Shown: in pieces, positions 33,552 to 37,598 of the stretch
Layout of the letters: each line of letters opens with the position of its first letter
Position numbering within the stretch: the stretch's first letter is position 1
Origin: Halocafeteria seosinensis
Lineage: Eukaryota
DNA: 37,598 nucleotides
Reading direction: 5' to 3'
Assembly: GCA_001687465.1 (NCBI GenBank)
Contig: LVLI01000119.1
Location: forward strand, 1 to 37,598
The notes under the pieces: generated by a model
What the model saw: only the letters and a program-made list of their open reading frames with translations
Databases searched by the model: none
Told to the model about the DNA's origin: nothing
Program-made: the position numbers and the translations under genes

Positions 33552-36500
33552 TTACTCAGCTCCAATAACACTCTTTGCCTCAGCAATTGCTTTATCAAGT
33601 TGGGCTGGATCTTCCAGTTTCCCTGCAACTGTTGCCTCAGGTCCTTTTCCACGAGGTTTTCCATCCAAACCGGAAGCTTCAAGAGTTTTATTGATCCATT
33701 GAATCGGATCTACCGAGAGGGACTCTCCGATAGGCTTGGGAACCATGGAAAACATCAAGAAACGACCGGGCTTTCCATGCTCGCCGCGAACACCAGACAC
33801 TCCGAGAACAGCCACTTTACCACTATCCGATTTCGTAACATCGTTCTTCGAAAGGGCTTTATTAATATCCTTAACTGTTTTGTTATCAGCGTCCAATTCA
33901 TCTAGTTGCACAACGATTCCGCTCTTGCCCTTGCTCTCGGCTTCTTTGGCTGCTTCAACAACTTTCGAGCTTGCAGCATTGATCCGCTCCGCAAATGCAG
34001 CCTTCTTCTCTTGAACAATTTGCTTTGATATCTCCTTTTCCTCGTTCCGTAATTTCATCTTTTGGGAAATGGGAATGTCTTTTTGATTTAGTTCAGTCGA
34101 TAACTCTTTTAACCGTTCTTCCCTCTCCCGAAGTGGGAGACTCTTTGCATCCCGAAATTTAGTTCTCAGTTCTTCCGCGGCATCATGAGCTTTCTCAGCT
34201 GCTTCTCGTGTAAAGCAAACGACGCGACGAATGCCTTTTGCAATTGAACCCTCTTCGACAAGCGCAAACTTCCCTGCCTGGCTTGTATTCTTCAGGTGAG
34301 TACCTCCACAAAACTCCACACTCACACTGCTCCAGTCTGGTCGTTCTGGATCCTCCACCATCGGTTCAACGGGCTGCCCGACACTAATAACTCGGACAGG
34401 ATCCGGATAAGTTTCACCAAACACTGCACGCAAACTGTGAATTGCACGAGCTTTCCCCAATGACACCACTTTTGAGTATACAGGTTTTGCTTCATCAATA
34501 AGTTCATTGCAGATCCCCTCAATGCGGTCGATTTGCTCCTCCGTTAGTGCGGATGAATGATTGAAATCAAACCTCAATCGGTCTTCCGCGACTAGTGACC
34601 CCTTTTGGTCAATGTTATCGCCAAGGACTTTGCGCAGAGCAAAGTTCAGTATATGCGTCATGGTATGATTGGGTGCTATTCGGCTTCGGCGTTCGTAGTC
34701 GACTCTGCACTTTATCGAATCTCCAACCCTTATTTCGCCCTCTTCTACACGGCCCATATGCAATATATAGCCCCCGAAAGATTGAACATTGTCTACATCT
34801 AGCTTGGCGAGCACGCCTTGATTGTCATCAGGATCTTCTTGCTCAGGGTCGATCTTAATAATGTCACCAGTGTCATATTCTTGACCACCGGCTTCAGCGT
34901 AGAATGCAGTCCTGTCAAGTACTACGCCAACCATGCCATGCTTGGAGCTTCCCCCTTCTGTTTCGGACAGAAACTTTTCACCCGTCCAAATTGCTTTAAC
35001 AATAGCAGGAGTTTCCGTATACCAGTTGTATTTTTCATCATCGTCAGTCGGAGGTACACCCTGTTCTGCCAGTTTCGCTGTTTGCTCTGCCTCCAAAGTA
35101 AGCATCTTTCCTTCGCCTTCTTTTCCCTTCTTAACAGATGAGCGTATTTTTTGCTGTCGCATCTCTTCATCGAATCCTTCTTCATCTATCGAAAGGCCTT
35201 CTTCTTCAGCCATCAACCGAGTCAAATCTAGAGGAAATCCCATGCTATCGTACAAGAAGAAAGCATCTTTCCCCTTCACCACGGTTTCTCCTGACTGCTT
35301 CATGCGCTCCACCATTTCTCTAAAGCGTTTAAGACCACGACTAAGAGTCCTCTCGAAGGACGATTCCTCATCATCAATTATTTCACGAACAAAGTTTTCC
35401 CTTTGTTCCAGTTCAGGGAATGCATCCTGGAAAAGATGGACTACCGTCGGAACAAGTTTAGATAGGAATCCGGAAGGTGCTTTCAATTTCTGGTTGCCAA
35501 AACGAACAGCGCGACGTAAGATTCTGCGAAGGACGTAGCCCCGACCTTCATTGGAAGGGACTGCCCCATCAGTTATTGCAAAGCATAAACTTCTGATATG
35601 GTCCGCAACCACTCGGTATGCAGTATCTCTTCCATCTACATCTTCTTCTCCCACACGGCCCCCGTAAGGGGAGGTATTGGTGAGTTCAGATATGCGCTGG
35701 AATATCGGTTGGAATACATCGGTGTCGTAATTGCTAGGTTTATCTTGTAAAATGGAAACCAAACGCTCGAGGCCCATTCCAGTGTCGACGTGGTTATGAG
35801 GTAGACGGCTAAGATTCCCTTGTTCATCCTTGAAGTATTGCATGAATACCAAATTCCATATTTCCAAAACATCGGGTACGTCCGCGTTGACTAAATGAGC
35901 AGCGTCCCGGTCACCAACACGGTCGTAGTGTAATTCAGAGCAAGGACCACAAGGACCAGTGTCACCCATTTCCCAAAAATTGTCCTTCTTATCACCGGGC
36001 AGGATCCTTTCGTCAGGCAAGTATTCTCTCCAATAGTTTCTTGCTTCCTCGTCAGGTCCAATACCCATCTCTTCGTCTCCTGAGAAGTAGGTAGCGTATA
36101 GGCGGTTTCCATCCAAGCCGTAAACGCTGGTCAGCAGTTCCCATGACCAGTCAATTGCTTCTTTCTTGAAATAATTTGCGAAACTCCAACTGCCCAACAT
36201 CTCGAAAAAGGTATGATGATAGACATCTTTCCCGACATCCTCCAAGTCATTGTGTTTTCCTCCAGCGCGTATGCATTTCTGCGAGTTGCACGCCGCGTTG
36301 AGGCCGGCCAAGGGGCTCTTGGGGTCCACCCTGCCTAAGAAAATAGGCTTGAATTGGTTCATACCGGCGTTGGCGAACAATAAGGTGGGGTCATCGTGAG
36401 GCACCACAGGGGACGATTTGTAATAGGTGTGGCTTTTCTCATCTCGAAAGAAGCTTATAAATTGATTACGCACTTCTGAGACGGACCACTCTCGTGTCCT

Positions 36501-36668
36501 CGGAGGGTCTTGCATCTTGATTGGCGCCCTTGTTGAGTACAAAACACCGAGAAATGGACGCCAAATAGACTCTTGAGAGCGCCGAGAACAGACGTGCAAT
36601 GGAGAAAAGCTCGTGGTCCAGGAACCAGTGAGGAACTTTGAAGCAGTATTTAGAGCAGTTCTATACAT
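33552..36668 (-). CDS. AARS: Alanyl-tRNA synthetase, intronless, with an N-terminal extension
   Basis: DDPTLLFANAGMNQFKP, CIRAGGKHNDLEDVG, HHTFFEMLG, NFWEMGDTGPCGPCSE, DTGMGLERL; editing domain NHTMTH and EFCGGTH. Confidence 0.98.
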   Translation of the reverse strand: MYRTALNTASKFLTGSWTTSFSPLHVCSRRSQESIWRPFLGVLYSTRAPIKMQDPPRTREWSVSEVRNQFISFFRDEKSHTYYKSSPVVPHDDPTLLFANAGMNQFKPIFLGRVDPKSPLAGLNAACNSQKCIRAGGKHNDLEDVGKDVYHHTFFEMLGSWSFANYFKKEAIDWSWELLTSVYGLDGNRLYATYFSGDEEMGIGPDEEARNYWREYLPDERILPGDKKDNFWEMGDTGPCGPCSELHYDRVGDRDAAHLVNADVPDVLEIWNLVFMQYFKDEQGNLSRLPHNHVDTGMGLERLVSILQDKPSNYDTDVFQPIFQRISELTNTSPYGGRVGEEDVDGRDTAYRVVADHIRSLCFAITDGAVPSNEGRGYVLRRILRRAVRFGNQKLKAPSGFLSKLVPTVVHLFQDAFPELEQRENFVREIIDDEESSFERTLSRGLKRFREMVERMKQSGETVVKGKDAFFLYDSMGFPLDLTRLMAEEEGLSIDEEGFDEEMRQQKIRSSVKKGKEGEGKMLTLEAEQTAKLAEQGVPPTDDDEKYNWYTETPAIVKAIWTGEKFLSETEGGSSKHGMVGVVLDRTAFYAEAGGQEYDTGDIIKIDPEQEDPDDNQGVLAKLDVDNVQSFGGYILHMGRVEEGEIRVGDSIKCRVDYERRSRIAPNHTMTHILNFALRKVLGDNIDQKGSLVAEDRLRFDFNHSSALTEEQIDRIEGICNELIDEAKPVYSKVVSLGKARAIHSLRAVFGETYPDPVRVISVGQPVEPMVEDPERPDWSSVSVEFCGGTHLKNTSQAGKFALVEEGSIAKGIRRVVCFTREAAEKAHDAAEELRTKFRDAKSLPLREREERLKELSTELNQKDIPISQKMKLRNEEKEISKQIVQEKKAAFAERINAASSKVVEAAKEAESKGKSGIVVQLDELDADNKTVKDINKALSKNDVTKSDSGKVAVLGVSGVRGEHGKPGRFLMFSMVPKPIGESLSVDPIQWINKTLEASGLDGKPRGKGPEATVAGKLEDPAQLDKAIAEAKSVIGAE

Positions 36669-37159
36669 CCAAACTGCTCCAATACGCAGTCTCCTATGTT
36701 ATCGTCAATAGTCTACACGATAAGCTACACTGTGGAGTCATTAACAGCCCGTATTCACTTCATTTCAATGCTCTACCGTAAAGTGTCACTGGACACGATA
36801 AACTTTTCGCCTACTTTTTGCTTGGCAAGAATTGTAGCCTTCAAGAGTTTCCCTCGAGCCAGCTCGAGCCGATTGAACCGATATAGATTCGAATACACTA
36901 TCTTCCGGATCATGAATTGAGAATTATCACCACCGTCGATACGTACACGTCGCTATTACCGGAATATTTGCTGCCTTCCCATCCAACCTTCTGAAAGTGG
37001 CGATACACGTGTATAATCCTTCCTAAAACCATCACCGAACAACAGTCGCCTATACATGACATGTTTACAACCTTTAGAGCAAGTGGATGCGACCCACTAT
37101 TCAAATCCCTTGATGCTCAATAAAATGGCGAGGTGTGTAGAGATCTGTTCGAATACAGT

Positions 37160-37598
37160 CAATCGCTCATCCCGCTCTTCGAGAGGGCACGGACTGAATG
37201 GTTCCACCTTAAGAACCTCCCAATGGTGAGGAGCGCAGAGATTAGGTTCATACGCAGGGCTTCAAACGCGGCTGCCGACCGCTTGGCTAAGACCGCGTCA
37301 AGCAACCCAGTGGGTAATGGTTCCTCTTGCTTAGACTGGCCGCCTAGAGCTACGCGCACGGTAGACGAAGTCCAGAAGTTTATCGACTTCAGGCTCCACG
37401 ACAAGCGGATCCTCGTCCACTGGAAGGGCTACTCAGAGGCAGCACGGACGTGGGAACCGGCTTCGTGGCTTCAGAAAGACCTGGGTAGTTGCACCTTCTT
37501 CGATCTCGAGCAGGAGATGTACTTTAATCTGGGCTATGATGACGAAAATGAGGTGGACGGAATTTCTGGGGAGCCCCCTCCCGCGTCAGGTGGAGGCT
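37160..37598 (+). mobile_element. Second RNase H (C-terminal half)-chromodomain reading frame, 5'-truncated and running off the window
   Basis: Manual translation from 37160: QSLIPLFERARTEWFHLKNLPMVRSAEIRFIRRASNAAADRLAKTAS...DEVQKFIDFRLHDKRILVHWKGYSEAARTWEPASWLQKDLG. Collinear with LKPLMERARADLLFLKAVPFVSSVELLFFRRAGNGDTDQLAKDAS of the 12.7 kb copy. Confidence 0.8.

Noticed and set aside
1..37598. CRISPR array, tRNA/rRNA genes or a prokaryotic operon
   Set aside because: No regularly spaced repeats with unique spacers and no tRNA/rRNA motifs recognised; the genes are spliced eukaryotic genes.

Overview
Eukaryotic nuclear DNA from a gene-dense, flagellated protist. Evidence: BBS4, GT-AG introns mostly 50-100 nt, and a Crinkler/RHS-like gene. 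A stramenopile is my guess only. The window has two halves. 1-13.7 kb is a transposon graveyard/accessory zone: a spliced, frameshifted MULE (Mutator) transposase with a SWIM finger, two relics of CRE-like RLE non-LTR retrotransposons, a relic of an unknown spliced gene, a TPR pseudogene, a ~1 kb patchwork of fragments homologous to three neighbouring loci, an apparently intact Crinkler/RHS-type NTPase-REase gene with a hydrophobic header, and a degenerate RNase H + double chromodomain unit. 14-36.7 kb is a housekeeping block: TRM1-like methyltransferase fused to a beta-helix, a TOM1/THH1-like membrane protein, Rad6-type E2, CCT8, RPLP1, a GLUG-like repeat surface protein, BBS4, IWS1/Spn1 and alanyl-tRNA synthetase. 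A second, diverged RNase H-chromodomain reading frame, absent from the ORF track, runs off the right end. Best leads: (1) the multi-copy archaeal/plant-type RNase H fused directly to chromodomain(s) with no integrase between them; (2) strongly base-paired long introns in RPLP1 and CCT8; (3) the TRM1-beta-helix fusion; (4) the mosaic locus and its CA-repeat-associated insertion. All calls come from motif recognition by eye; no searches were run.
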